A DNA stretch of 64,000 bases from an uncultured Phycisphaerales bacterium (GCA_963755915.1 CAVWLP010000002.1:704001-768000); one strand, 5' to 3'; shown: positions 34,508-44,589, numbered from the stretch's first letter. Program-made: numbers and translations. Notes: a model not told the origin generated them from the sequence alone.

Positions 34508-36514
34508 ATGCAGCCGGCTATCGACCAGTGGCGCCTGTTGTGGGCCGCGATCCTGGTCGCGGCGCCGTTGATCGCGGGATATCGAGTGGCCAAACGGCTT
34601 GAGCGTCCACCGGCGGCAATCGCGGATGCGATCCTGATTGCATATCTCGTGCAATATGTGACCGTCGGGTTGGCGGGGCTCTTGGGAATTCTCATCCCGC
34701 TTTTCCTGACAGTAATTGCGTTGGTGATTTGCGCCGCTCTTTGGATTTCCGCGGGATTCATCGCGCCGCAGGCAAACGCTTCTCCAATCCCGAGTTCGGA
34801 TCGGCGATGGGTTCTGTTTGCCGGCCTGTTCGCCATCGGCTTCCTGGCCGCGCTGATTTACTGCGAGAAACTTAATCCGCCTATGGCCACGGATGCGCTG
34901 GTTTATCATCTTCCCGCCGCGGTGCTCTGGCTGCAAAAGAAACGAATCACTCTTTTTCAAACCTGGTTTTTCAATCCTGCCAACACCTATTCACCTCTGG
35001 CCGGCTCGGTTTTTATCGCCTGGCTGCTGGCGCCGCTTGGGAACGACGCTCTGGCGCGGTTCGTGCAGGTGGGGCCTTGGGTTCTGATCCTGATTTCCAT
35101 CATCGAGATTGCCAGCAGTGCCGGCGCATCGCTTCCAGCCGCTGCGCTGGCCGCTCTGGCGGCAGTGCTGGCGCGGCCCTTCATCGGTGAAGCCGTCATC
35201 CCCAAGGACGATCTCTTCGTCGCCGCCTTCTTTCTGGCCGCCGTGGCTGCACTTGCCCGCGATCGCATGGCCTCCAGGTTTGGTTGGCTTCGCCTCGGAA
35301 TCGCCGTCGGCCTGATGCTGGCCACCAAGTACACCGCCCTGATGACCGCGCCGATTCTGCTTCTCGCCGCCGATGCCCCGCGCCGCGCCGGGTGGCGCTG
35401 GCGGCAGTGGGCCGGCGCGATCCTTGCCGTCGCGCTTCTGGTCGGGCCGTGGTATTTGCGAAACCTGCTGGAGTGGGGAAATCCGCTGTTTCCGGTCAAA
35501 TTCGATTTGGTGGGAATTCGATTGCCGGGATTGATCGCAAGAGTCGAAGTTCCGGAATTGAAATCAGCCGCGGGCATTTGGAACGTGCTGACTGGCGGAT
35601 ATTACGGCCTCCCGGCGATTCTCTTTTCGTTCCTCCTGGTAGCCTGGCTCCTGAGCGTCATCCGCCTCCGCCGCAATCTCCGGCGCGATCCGCTCCAGAG
35701 ATTGGTGGTCCTGGGCCCAATCCTGGGGCTGCTCGTCTTTGGATTTTGCTCGCCCCAGCCGGAGGTTCGATTCGTGCTCCCTTCGCTGGCACTTTTGTTC
35801 GTCCTCTGCGGCATGGCTGCAGGTCGGAAATGGGACATCGCGATCAGCGGCGCCGCTCTGCTAATGGCGATCGCCACGAGTTTCTCATCCGCCAACGCCG
35901 GGCAGATCGCCACATTTTCCCTTTGGGCAATCGTGACCGGGCTGATTGGAATTCTCATCTGCTGGCTCGAAGCCGACCCTCTGCGATTGCGGCGTCCGAT
36001 TCTGAGCAGCATCGCAATCGCGGCCTTTCTGGCAATCGTCGTCAGTGAATGGAACGACTATTTGCATGAATATCGAACCGCCAGGATGGACATCTGGAAA
36101 TCGGTCTATCCAACTCAGGCCGCGGCGTGGGATTTCGTCGACAAAAATTTGCCTGCGACGGCGAACATCGCCTATTCCAATCAGTTCATGATTTATCCGC
36201 TGTATGGTTTTGAAGCCCGGCGAAACGTGATTTACGTACCGGTTCGCGCCGGGGCGTCGGTAAGCAATCTGGCATTCCCCGGGCGGATTTCCGATGCCGA
36301 GCTGAATCTCGCCGCCGCCCGCGCAGCCAACGCGCCGTCAAGCGAGTCCGACTGGCTGAATAACCTGCGTGCCAGCGGCGCCGAATTTTTCATTGTCGGC
36401 CTGGGAGATGGTGCGCCCGAGGTCCGCTGGGCCGATACAGATTTGGCCGATTTCAGTCGGGTTTTCATCAATTCAGATATCGCGATTTATCGCCTTTACC
36501 CCCGCCCCCGGTAA
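34508..36514 (+). CDS. Polytopic membrane protein, GT-C glycosyltransferase-like
   Basis: Many TM helices, DALVYHLP luminal motif, GLMLATKYT, PWYLRN...GNPLFP, RFVLP and a C-terminal soluble domain. Confidence 0.6.
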   Translation: MQPAIDQWRLLWAAILVAAPLIAGYRVAKRLERPPAAIADAILIAYLVQYVTVGLAGLLGILIPLFLTVIALVICAALWISAGFIAPQANASPIPSSDRRWVLFAGLFAIGFLAALIYCEKLNPPMATDALVYHLPAAVLWLQKKRITLFQTWFFNPANTYSPLAGSVFIAWLLAPLGNDALARFVQVGPWVLILISIIEIASSAGASLPAAALAALAAVLARPFIGEAVIPKDDLFVAAFFLAAVAALARDRMASRFGWLRLGIAVGLMLATKYTALMTAPILLLAADAPRRAGWRWRQWAGAILAVALLVGPWYLRNLLEWGNPLFPVKFDLVGIRLPGLIARVEVPELKSAAGIWNVLTGGYYGLPAILFSFLLVAWLLSVIRLRRNLRRDPLQRLVVLGPILGLLVFGFCSPQPEVRFVLPSLALLFVLCGMAAGRKWDIAISGAALLMAIATSFSSANAGQIATFSLWAIVTGLIGILICWLEADPLRLRRPILSSIAIAAFLAIVVSEWNDYLHEYRTARMDIWKSVYPTQAAAWDFVDKNLPATANIAYSNQFMIYPLYGFEARRNVIYVPVRAGASVSNLAFPGRISDAELNLAAARAANAPSSESDWLNNLRASGAEFFIVGLGDGAPEVRWADTDLADFSRVFINSDIAIYRLYPRPR

Positions 36515-36536
36515 TCCGGTCTTCGGCTCTGAGGCT

Positions 36537-37893
36537 TGTATAGACCGGAGACATGGGTAACAGGTCTCTCAGGACATAGGTAACACATTTCATTTTGGGT
36601 ATCACGGCCAAAAAGGAGGCCGATGCCCTGGAAGGAATGTGTGACGAACGAAGTTCGCGGTGAGTTTGTGCAACTGGCTATGCGGGCGGATGCTAACCTG
36701 GCAGCGCTTTGCCGACGGTTCGGAATCAGCCGGCGCTGTGGTTACAAATGGCTCCGGCGTTATCGTGCCGAGGGTCAGGCGGGATTGTTGGATCGTTCGC
36801 GTCGCCCGCACGCCAGTCCCGCACAGGTGGACGGCCGGATGAGGCAGGCGGTTGTGAGGCTTCGCATGAAGCATCCGGTGTGGGGAGGCCGCAAGCTGAG
36901 GAAGCTGCTGGAGAATCAGGGTCGGGATCCGGCGACGTTGCCTGCGGTGAGCACGATCGGGCGTATTTTATTTCGCGGTGGACTGATCGATCCGGCTCGA
37001 TCATCACAGCACCGGGCGTTTCAACGCTTTGAGCACGATCAGCCCAATGACCTTTGGCAGATGGACTTCAAGGGACATTTCGCCTTGGGCAACGGGCGGC
37101 GTTGCCATGCCCTGACGGTGCTGGATGATCACTCACGTTATTGTCTTTGCCTGCAGGCATGCACGGGTGAGACCGAGCAGGATGTGAAGCCCGCATTGGT
37201 GCGACTATTCCAGCAAAATGGCCTGCCGCTGAGGATTTTGTGCGACAACGGTCCTCCGTGGGGCACCTGGCATGGGCAGGAACGGCAAGGGTACACGCGT
37301 TTGGGTCTGTGGCTGTTGCGTCAGAACGTGGGAGTATGTCACGGCCGTCCGCGTCACCCGCAAACACAAGGCAAGGACGAGCGTCTGCATCGAACGCTTA
37401 AAGAGGAGCTGCTGATGCGTCAGCCGCTGGCCAATATGGCTGATGCCCAGAAGCATTTCGACCCCTGGCGTGAGCAGTACAATTGCGTGCGTCCCCACGA
37501 GGCGTTGGGTCTGGCGGTTCCGGCCAGCCGCTACGGCAAAAGTCCTCGGGCTTACGAGCCTGATCTCAAGGTGGAGTACCTTGCCGGTGACCAGGTGAGA
37601 AAGGTGGATCGCAATGGGCTGTTCGCCTTCCGGAGCATCGAGTGGCGTTTGGGCATTGCCTTTGCGGGCGAGACGGTAGCGATTCGGTTGACCGCGGCGG
37701 ATGGAATAATGGCCGTGGTCTATGCCAGACAAACAGTGGCGGGCGTCAATCTGAAGGAAATCAGCCGAGGCCGTCGGCGAGTTGTGTGCTGTGCCGAGCC
37801 TCCGGTCGCTGCGCTCCCTCCGGCTCGGCACAGCACACAAAAAGTGTTACCTATGTCCTGAGAGAGGTGTTATCTATGTCCTGGAACAAAACA
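36537..37893 (+). mobile_element. Complete IS481-family element (1357 bp)
   Basis: TGT...ACA ends and two subterminal GACATxGGTAACA repeats at each end, including a perfect 22-bp IR TCTCTCAGGACATAGGTAACAC (36565-36586 and 37844-37865). Confidence 0.92.
36623..37861 (+). CDS. IS481-family transposase
   Basis: MPWKE, LCRRFGISR..GYKW, PNDLWQMDFKG, DDHSRY, CDNG, PQTQGKDER, YNCVRPHEAL. Confidence 0.95.
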   Translation: MPWKECVTNEVRGEFVQLAMRADANLAALCRRFGISRRCGYKWLRRYRAEGQAGLLDRSRRPHASPAQVDGRMRQAVVRLRMKHPVWGGRKLRKLLENQGRDPATLPAVSTIGRILFRGGLIDPARSSQHRAFQRFEHDQPNDLWQMDFKGHFALGNGRRCHALTVLDDHSRYCLCLQACTGETEQDVKPALVRLFQQNGLPLRILCDNGPPWGTWHGQERQGYTRLGLWLLRQNVGVCHGRPRHPQTQGKDERLHRTLKEELLMRQPLANMADAQKHFDPWREQYNCVRPHEALGLAVPASRYGKSPRAYEPDLKVEYLAGDQVRKVDRNGLFAFRSIEWRLGIAFAGETVAIRLTAADGIMAVVYARQTVAGVNLKEISRGRRRVVCCAEPPVAALPPARHSTQKVLPMS

Positions 37894-37974
37894 AGCCTCA
37901 GGGTCGAAGAGGGGAGGGTTGGGGAGGGGGTTTCGCCGTCGGGTAACATTCGCCATTGATTGGACCTGAACCGG

Positions 37975-39375
37975 ATGGATGAAACTGAGGAAAACCATCT
38001 CAAAACTCCCTCGCTCCTGCGCGGCCTGATCTGCCTCGCCGCCGCGGGCGCAATCTTCGCTGCAATCTGGGCTCATCGCTTTGGTCTGAACGGAACCGAA
38101 TATCACCGATGGATCTGGCGCGAAGCCCCAGGCGGGTGGCGATATCTATTGTTCGCGGGCCTGAGTCTCCCCTTCTTCGTGGCCCAGCGCCTGATCCGCC
38201 GGCGACCGCAGCGCAGCGCCCCAGCCCTCGCTCTGATGATGCTCGCCAGCGCAAGCCTCATGGGCGCGATGATCATCGTCCAGCGGCAGCCCGCCTCCCT
38301 CGGCGGAATTAGCCGCGTCATCGAAAGCCCGATCCATTTTGGATACTTTTATGACGCCCAGCGACTCCTCGAAAGAGGAATCTCACCGGCCCAGACGCTG
38401 GCCGACTATCCGCGGCTTTGTGGCGCCTTCAGCCTGCACCCGCGAATCAAGCCGCCCGGGCCGATCCTGCTCAACTCACTGGTGATAAGCCTCTTCGGCC
38501 CCGAAAGAACCGGCGAGCTGGCGATTGCAATCCTGATCGGCCTCTGCTCCGCCGCTTCAATTCCAGCCGTTTATTTTTTCGTCAAAGAATTCACAGGCCA
38601 GTGCGAATCAGGCCTTGCGGCCGCGAGCTATTTCGCCCTTTGCCCAGCGCTGGTGCTGATGTTCCCGCAGTTTGATCAATGCTATGCCGTGTTCACCGCG
38701 GGCTTGGCGATCGTCTGGAGGCGCGCACTGGCAAGAAACTCGGCATACCTCGCCGGGCAGTTTGGATTGATCTTCGCGTTGACCCTGCTCTTCACCTATC
38801 TCCCGGCGGTGCTGGTGATATTTTTCGCAGGATACGCGCTGATGCTGCGATCCGAAGGCAAAGCAACCTGCCGTGACATCGCCCGCCTGACCTTCGTCGC
38901 GGTTATCTGTTTTGGGGCCTTCTACGCGCTGCTGTGGCTGGCGACGGGCTTCAATCCTATCGGCAGTTTCCGCGCCTGCTGGCTGAATCAGGCCCAGAAC
39001 ATGCGGCTCATGAAATCGCTCGGATACGTTCCGCGCCTATGGCCGGGAACCGTTCCCGGAGATTTCAAGGATTTTGCCCTGGGGTCGGGTTGGATGTCGT
39101 ACCTGATCGCGGCAATGTTCTTCGTGCCGATAGAACGGGTCCGGCGGAGGGTACGGCTTTGGGGTGAGCTGTGCCTTGGGCAGATCATGATCGTGGGCGT
39201 GTTGGGCTTGATCCGCTGCGAGACGGCGCGGGTTTGGATATTTATGTTGCCGCTCCTGATGCTGCCGGTCGGCGTGGAGCTGGCGCGATGGAAGTTTGCC
39301 TGGCGGATGGCGGTTTACGCGGCCCTGCTGGCGCTGACCATCGCCAGTTGGCATTCCATGACATTTTTCCGGTGA
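37975..39375 (+). CDS. Polytopic membrane protein, putative GT-C (mannosyl/glycosyl) transferase
   Basis: HPRIKPPGP luminal loop, about 11 hydrophobic segments, C-terminal ETARVWIF. Confidence 0.55.
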   Translation: MDETEENHLKTPSLLRGLICLAAAGAIFAAIWAHRFGLNGTEYHRWIWREAPGGWRYLLFAGLSLPFFVAQRLIRRRPQRSAPALALMMLASASLMGAMIIVQRQPASLGGISRVIESPIHFGYFYDAQRLLERGISPAQTLADYPRLCGAFSLHPRIKPPGPILLNSLVISLFGPERTGELAIAILIGLCSAASIPAVYFFVKEFTGQCESGLAAASYFALCPALVLMFPQFDQCYAVFTAGLAIVWRRALARNSAYLAGQFGLIFALTLLFTYLPAVLVIFFAGYALMLRSEGKATCRDIARLTFVAVICFGAFYALLWLATGFNPIGSFRACWLNQAQNMRLMKSLGYVPRLWPGTVPGDFKDFALGSGWMSYLIAAMFFVPIERVRRRVRLWGELCLGQIMIVGVLGLIRCETARVWIFMLPLLMLPVGVELARWKFAWRMAVYAALLALTIASWHSMTFFR

Positions 39376-39447
39376 AAATCGGTGGAAACGTCCGGTTACG
39401 ACGGGCATCTTGAACAATCCCCGGCGATTCGGGACGATGGGTGAGGA

Positions 39448-40821
39448 TTGAAGTATCTCTCGCGAGCTATTTTCATATTCATGGCGGCGGGGGCGCTGTG
39501 GGTTGTCTTTTCCACGCCAAAGACGCCGGTTCCCAAAGACAGAGAAAACGACACCATCGTCCAGTACTGGGAGAAGTGGACCGGCGTTGAAGAAATCTCC
39601 ATGCAGCAGATCGTGGACGACTTCAACAACACTGTCGGCAAAGAGAAACATATCTACGTGCAGATGCTCTCGATGAGCGACATCGACCAGAAAACGCTGG
39701 TGGCCACCGCCGCCGGCGTGCCGCCGGATGTGGCCGGCCTCTGGGACCCCACCATCGTACAACTCGGCACGCTGGGCGCGCTTCAGCCGCTGGAGGACAT
39801 GGCGAAGCAATATGGGATCACCGAGGGGTATTACAAGCCCATCTACTGGGAGGGGTGCCACAACAATGGGCATCTGTATGCCCTGATCAGCACGCCGGCG
39901 GCCGTGGCGCTGATCTATAACACGAAGATGTTTGCCGAGAACGCCGACAAGCTTCGCGCTGCCGGTCTCGATCCGACGCGCCCGCCGCAAACCTTGCAGG
40001 AGCTGGATCGTTATGCCGACGCGCTGAACACGTTTCGAGTGGGCAACGACGGAAGGGAACACCTGGATCGGGCCGGATATCTGCCCATGGTGCCGGGCTG
40101 GTACGTCGTGAATACGCCCTACTGGTTCGGAGGGGATGAGTGGGACGAGACAACGCAGAAGTTCACGCTCACCTCGCCGCCGGTAATCGCAGCTTTCAAG
40201 TGGATTCAGAGCTATTCCCTGAAATACGGCAAAGACGCGGTGACCGAATTCCAGACCGCCCAGGGCTCCTTCAATTCGCCTCAGAATGAATTCATCGCCC
40301 AGACCGTGGCGATGGAACAGCAGGGCCCGTGGATGGCGAATTTTATTCACGCCTGGCGGCCATCGATGGACCACGACTGGGCGGCCGCGCCATTCCCATC
40401 GGCCGTGGGGCAGCCGATGGTGACGTACACTTCTTTCGACACTCTCTCGATTCCCGTCGGCGCCAAGCACCCGAAAGAGGCGTTCGAATTCATCGCCTAC
40501 GTCAACCGCCAGGACGTGATGGAGAAGCTCTGCATGATGCACTGCAAGAACTCCCCGCTGACGAAGGTGAGCGATTATTTCCTCACCCACCATCCCAATC
40601 CGTATATCAAGGTCTTTGAGGATCTGGCGTCCAGCCCCAACGCGCACCTGACGATGCAATGCCCGATTGCGCCACAAGCCGGCGCCGACCTGTTGGCCGT
40701 CGCGCAAGGCGTCTCAACCCTGTCGATCGATCCCGAAACCGCGTTGCGCGATTTACAGGTCAGACTTCAGCGTGAGTACGACGATTTTGCGGCGATCCAG
40801 CGGATAAGGCACCAGCAATAA
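39448..40821 (+). CDS. Carbohydrate ABC transporter solute-binding protein
   Basis: AAGVPPDV, LQPLED, LIYNTKMF..AGLDP, QGPW, AFEFIAY. Confidence 0.88.
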   Translation: MKYLSRAIFIFMAAGALWVVFSTPKTPVPKDRENDTIVQYWEKWTGVEEISMQQIVDDFNNTVGKEKHIYVQMLSMSDIDQKTLVATAAGVPPDVAGLWDPTIVQLGTLGALQPLEDMAKQYGITEGYYKPIYWEGCHNNGHLYALISTPAAVALIYNTKMFAENADKLRAAGLDPTRPPQTLQELDRYADALNTFRVGNDGREHLDRAGYLPMVPGWYVVNTPYWFGGDEWDETTQKFTLTSPPVIAAFKWIQSYSLKYGKDAVTEFQTAQGSFNSPQNEFIAQTVAMEQQGPWMANFIHAWRPSMDHDWAAAPFPSAVGQPMVTYTSFDTLSIPVGAKHPKEAFEFIAYVNRQDVMEKLCMMHCKNSPLTKVSDYFLTHHPNPYIKVFEDLASSPNAHLTMQCPIAPQAGADLLAVAQGVSTLSIDPETALRDLQVRLQREYDDFAAIQRIRHQQ

Positions 40822-41714
40822 TGAACCGGACGGAGTCGAGGAATTTTCTCAAAGGGCTGGCGTTCATTTCGCCATGGATCATCGGCTTCAGCGTTTTCCT
40901 GCTGCTGCCCACCTGCCTTTCGCTCTATTACAGCTTTTGCGACTACAACCTGATCCAGCGGCCCGTCTTCGTCGGCCTGGCAAACTACCGCCTGCTGATG
41001 CACGACGTGGTCTTTTTCCAGGCCCTGAAGGTGACGCTTTACTACGCCGCCCTCGCCCTGCCGGCCGGATTGTTCGTATCCCTCGGCGTCGCGATCCTGC
41101 TGAACCGCAACGTCATCGGCCTGCCGATTTTCCGCACCCTGGTCTTTCTCCCGTCGCTGGTCCCCAACATCGCCGCCGCGATCTTGTGGAAATGGCTTTT
41201 CAACCAGAAGCTGGGGCTGATCAACGAGGCGCTCGACCCTCTTTGCCGAATACTGCACATCAGGGCCCCCGCCTGGATTGACGACCCCCACCTGGTGATC
41301 CCCTCCCTGGCGCTGATGAGCGTCTGGAGCGTCGGCAACACCGTGGTGATTTACCTCGCCGGCCTGCAGGACGTCCCGCGCGAGCTTTACGAAGCCGCCG
41401 AGCTCGACGGCGCCGGCGCCGCCCGCCGCCTCTGGAGCGTGACGATCCCGATGATCTCCCCGGTGATTTTCTTCAACCTCATCATGGCCATCATCGGCGT
41501 CCTCCAGATCTTCGATCTCCCCTTCATGATGACCCAGGGCGGCCCAAACCGCGCCAGCTATTTCTACACCTACTACCTCTACGACAACGCCTTCAGCTAT
41601 CTGAAAATGGGCTACGCCAGCGCCCTCGCCTGGATTCAGCTTCTGCTCGTGCTGGTGTTCACAGCCATCGCCTTCTGGTCGAGCAAACGCTGGGTCTACT
41701 ACCAGGGAAAATAA
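40821..41714 (+). CDS. Carbohydrate ABC transporter permease (MalF-like)
   Basis: IYLAGLQDVPRELYEAAELDGA and MGYASALAW. Confidence 0.92.
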   Translation: MNRTESRNFLKGLAFISPWIIGFSVFLLLPTCLSLYYSFCDYNLIQRPVFVGLANYRLLMHDVVFFQALKVTLYYAALALPAGLFVSLGVAILLNRNVIGLPIFRTLVFLPSLVPNIAAAILWKWLFNQKLGLINEALDPLCRILHIRAPAWIDDPHLVIPSLALMSVWSVGNTVVIYLAGLQDVPRELYEAAELDGAGAARRLWSVTIPMISPVIFFNLIMAIIGVLQIFDLPFMMTQGGPNRASYFYTYYLYDNAFSYLKMGYASALAWIQLLLVLVFTAIAFWSSKRWVYYQGK

Positions 41715-42595
41715 TGATCGACCGCCGCGAAAGTCTCTGGGGCCAGTTGGCGACGTACGCGGCGCTGCTCGTCATCTGCACCCTGGCCGTGATTCCATTC
41801 CTTTGGATGGTCAGCACGAGCCTCAAGCCACCCCAGCAGGTCTTCGAATATCCGCCGCGGTGGATTCCGCATAACGTCGAGTTCACCGCCAGCAAAATCC
41901 CCGTGAACTACGCGAATGCGATCTCCAGCGAGCACACCAATTTCCGCCTCTGGACGCGCAACACCCTCATCGTCGCGCTCCTGGCCGTCGTCGGCACCAC
42001 CCTCTCCAGCTCCCTCGTCGCCTACGGCTTCGCCCGCATCCGCTTCTGGGGCAGCGGATTCCTCTTCGGACTCGTCCTCAGCACCATGATGATCCCCTTC
42101 CCCGTCCTCATGGGCCCCCAGTTCGTCATCTTCGAATGGCTCGGCAGGCACACCCCCTTCCAATTCATGGGAACCTTCAAACCCCTCTGGTTCCCCGCAT
42201 GGTTCGGCTCAGCCTTCAGCATTTTCCTCCTCCGCCAGTTCTTCGTCACCATCCCCGATGAGCTCTCCGAAGCCGCCCGCATCGACGGCTGCAACGAGTT
42301 CATGATCTACTGGCGAATCATCCTCCCCCTCTCACGGCCCGCACTCACCGTCGTCGCCCTCTTCACCTTCCTGTGGGCCTGGCGCGATTTCCTCGGCCCC
42401 CTGGTTTTTTTGCAGTACCCCGATCAATACACCCTCGCCCTGGGGCTCCAGACGTTTCAATCCCAGCACGGCGCCACGCCGTGGAATCAACTCATGGCCG
42501 CCAGCGTGCTGGTCATTCTGCCGGTGGTCGTCCTCTTCTTTATCGCGCAAAGAACCTTCATCGAAGGCATCGCCACCACCGGAATGAAGGGGTAA
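41714..42595 (+). CDS. Carbohydrate ABC transporter permease (MalG-like)
   Basis: FLLRQFF..IPDELSEAARIDG and QRTFIEGIATTGMKG. Confidence 0.92.
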   Translation: MIDRRESLWGQLATYAALLVICTLAVIPFLWMVSTSLKPPQQVFEYPPRWIPHNVEFTASKIPVNYANAISSEHTNFRLWTRNTLIVALLAVVGTTLSSSLVAYGFARIRFWGSGFLFGLVLSTMMIPFPVLMGPQFVIFEWLGRHTPFQFMGTFKPLWFPAWFGSAFSIFLLRQFFVTIPDELSEAARIDGCNEFMIYWRIILPLSRPALTVVALFTFLWAWRDFLGPLVFLQYPDQYTLALGLQTFQSQHGATPWNQLMAASVLVILPVVVLFFIAQRTFIEGIATTGMKG

Positions 42596-42770
42596 CAGGT
42601 TCAGCCGGCGCGGTTCGCCAATTCGCCATTTATCAGACTCGCGCCGGTTTAATCGTTAAAGGCGTTAGGTTCTAACCCCGACCGGGGTGCCAAACCGATG
42701 AGGATCGTAGAACGTATCTCTCATAGCGGAGGGCGGTAGTGAAGATTGTATTGTCAGTTAAGGAGCACGG

Positions 42771-43185
42771 GATGAACGAGCAGTTTGCCTATTCGGTCAA
42801 TGGCGAACATTATCGCGGCGCCTACGCGACGCGCGAAGAAGCCCTCGCCGAGGCACTTGCCGAGGCCCGCCGCGGCGACGATTCGCCCCCCATGGTCTAT
42901 GTCGCCCGCCGCGTGCCTGGCGATGCGATGGCCTCCGGCCACGCCCGGGCCGTCATCGGCAACATCTGCTCCCGCGCCCGCGAAGAGTTCGGCGATACCG
43001 CCTCGTCATACCTCACCGGCGTTTCCCGGCAACAAGTCGAAAAGCTCGACAAAGCCCTTACTGCCGCGATCGAATCCTGGCTAAGCGCCAATGCCCTCTC
43101 ACCAACGTTCTTCACTTACGAGGCCATCAGCTCGCATCCGGTTTCGTATGGTTTTGCGCAGCAGACCGTAGGCGCAGAGTCCTGA
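42771..43185 (+). CDS. Hypothetical protein
   Basis: RBS aggag before ATG 42771; 137-aa ORF with plausible composition. Confidence 0.7.
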
Positions 43186-43276
43186 AAATCCCCTTGATTC
43201 TTGCGCCGGAACGCAATCCTGCTGACGACCCCACACTTTTTTAATGCGTTGGCCAAAGGGCGCTCGTTTAAAGACG

Positions 43277-43634
43277 AAATGCAAATGCAATGCGGGCGGG
43301 ACGAGGGGGCACCATATAGGGCCCCCCTTCGGTCTGAGCTCAGGGTCGAAGACAAAAGTTTCCCCCTCGCCCCTCCCGCACCCTCCCCACTCCCCTTCCT
43401 TTTCCCCTCAACGCTCCCCCTAAAATGCATACACGACAGCATCCACGCAATCGTGTGCCCCAACGCTCTCGTGGACGAAGCGAGACAATTCTTGTCGAGA
43501 GGCCTCCGCATTTTGCCTTTGGGGTGGGACGGTTAGGGGAAGTCGGAAAGTGGAAGAGGGGTGCGGGGAGGAGGCGAAAACCGCTTGGGGCCTTATGGGG
43601 GTTTCGCCTCCTCCCTGCATTGCATTTGTATTTG
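43277..43634. repeat. ~360-bp multi-arm palindromic element, copy B
   Basis: Right half is close to the reverse complement of the left half of copy A; left half is a diverged unit carrying an inserted ~28-bp palindrome. Confidence 0.85.
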
Positions 43635-43798
43635 TATTTAAAAAAGAGCCAGCCACTTCCTCCACGAACTCATAAAAGGTGTCCAGCCATTAGGGCGGCC
43701 GTCTTCCGCATTTTTCCGCCTAAATCCGAATGCCCACCCCGCCGACCTTGCCCCCGACCGTGCGCACCGATATTTTCGTGCCATAGTTGGAGGCTTCA

Positions 43799-44542
43799 AT
43801 GGCTTTGCGCGTCACCGTCTGGAGCGAATATCGTCACGAAAAGAAGAATCCCAAGGTAGCTGAGATCTACCCCAACGGCATGCACGAGGTGATCGCCGCC
43901 CACCTCCGCAAATCCCCCGATCTGGAAGTCCGCACCGCCACGCTCGATCAGCCGATGCACGGCCTGACCGACGACGTCATCCTCAGCACCGACGTCATGA
44001 CCTGGTGGGGCCACATGGCCCACGACGACGTCGTCGAAGAGATCGTCAACAAGCTCCACAAGCGCGTCCTGGCTGGCATGGGCCTCGTCGTCCTCCACAG
44101 CGGCCACTTCTCCCGAATCTTCAAAAAGCTCATGGGCACCACCTGCGACCTCAAATGGCGCGAGCTCCAGAACGAACGCGAAATCCTCTGGGTCACCCGC
44201 CCCGGCCACCCCATCGTCGAAGGAATCGAAGACCATTTCGTTTTGCCGCGCGAAGAAATGTACGGCGAATACTTCGACATCCCCGAACCCGAATGCACCT
44301 TCCTCATCAGCAGCTTCGCCGGCGGCGAAGTCTTCCGCAGCGGCTGCACCTGGACCCGCGGCACCGGCAAAATCGTCTATTTCCGCCCCGGCCACGAAAC
44401 ATTCCCAACCTATCACGATCCGAATGTGATGAGGGTCATCGAGAACGCGGTGAGATGGGCCGCCCCCACGCCGATCGCAGGCGCAAAGATGCGGTTTGGG
44501 AAGCATGTGGAGGGGTGGATTGATGGGGCTGGGGGGAAATAG
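43799..44542 (+). CDS. thuA: ThuA-domain (trehalose utilisation) protein
   Basis: [52 protein letters not shown]. Confidence 0.9.
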   Translation: MALRVTVWSEYRHEKKNPKVAEIYPNGMHEVIAAHLRKSPDLEVRTATLDQPMHGLTDDVILSTDVMTWWGHMAHDDVVEEIVNKLHKRVLAGMGLVVLHSGHFSRIFKKLMGTTCDLKWRELQNEREILWVTRPGHPIVEGIEDHFVLPREEMYGEYFDIPEPECTFLISSFAGGEVFRSGCTWTRGTGKIVYFRPGHETFPTYHDPNVMRVIENAVRWAAPTPIAGAKMRFGKHVEGWIDGAGGK

Positions 44543-44589
44543 ACTTTTCGGGTGAGAGGCGACATCGAGATCGGGGCGGGGGAAAGCCC

